This document shows positions 1 through 64,000 of a stretch of DNA of 64,000 bases, piece after piece (positions within the stretch are counted from its first letter, which is position 1; each line of letters begins with the position of its first letter). The translations under genes were made by a program, and so were the position numbers. The notes under the pieces were generated by a model, which saw only the letters and a program-made list of their open reading frames with translations, did not search any database and was not told the DNA's origin. Source of the stretch: Eledone cirrhosa (Eukaryota); assembly GCA_964016885.1 (NCBI GenBank), contig OZ024740.1:31062001-31126000 (forward strand), in the 5' to 3' direction.

Positions 1-63862
<63,862 letters not shown>

Positions 63863-64000
63863 CTTTAATTAAAATTGCAATAAATAAAATGAATAGAAAA
63901 TTCAAGGCAAAATGTTAAATTTATAATATATTCAAACAATATATGGCCTCACCTACATTCTTTTAACTAGGAAATAAGCAGGGTATGATTGATGGTTTAT

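Overview
Eukaryotic, AT-rich genomic DNA, most likely an octopus or other coleoid cephalopod (inferred from the SINE/LINE landscape). The whole window lies inside one minus-strand gene, a PRRC2/BAT2-family (Drosophila nocte-like) RNA-binding, translation-regulating protein. I reconstructed 35 coding exons by hand from 63862 down to the stop at 1245. Splice phase is consistent at every junction, giving about 3,588 aa; the N-terminus lies beyond the right edge. The most unusual feature is a 3,205-nt exon (50276-53480) that cannot be skipped without a frameshift. It encodes about 1,070 aa of alternating-charge 'EPRDIREQRDVRA' (39-nt) tandem repeats placed just after the conserved BAT2 N-terminal region. 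One intron needs a GC donor. The introns hold decayed RTE-clade LINEs with a PHD finger in the RT region, tRNA/CORE SINEs sharing the RTE tail, a second SINE family, and TTAA-flanked non-autonomous piggyBac elements. Two sense-oriented piggyBac copies carry splice acceptors in frame with the host. No prokaryotic features (operons, CRISPR, rRNA) are present.
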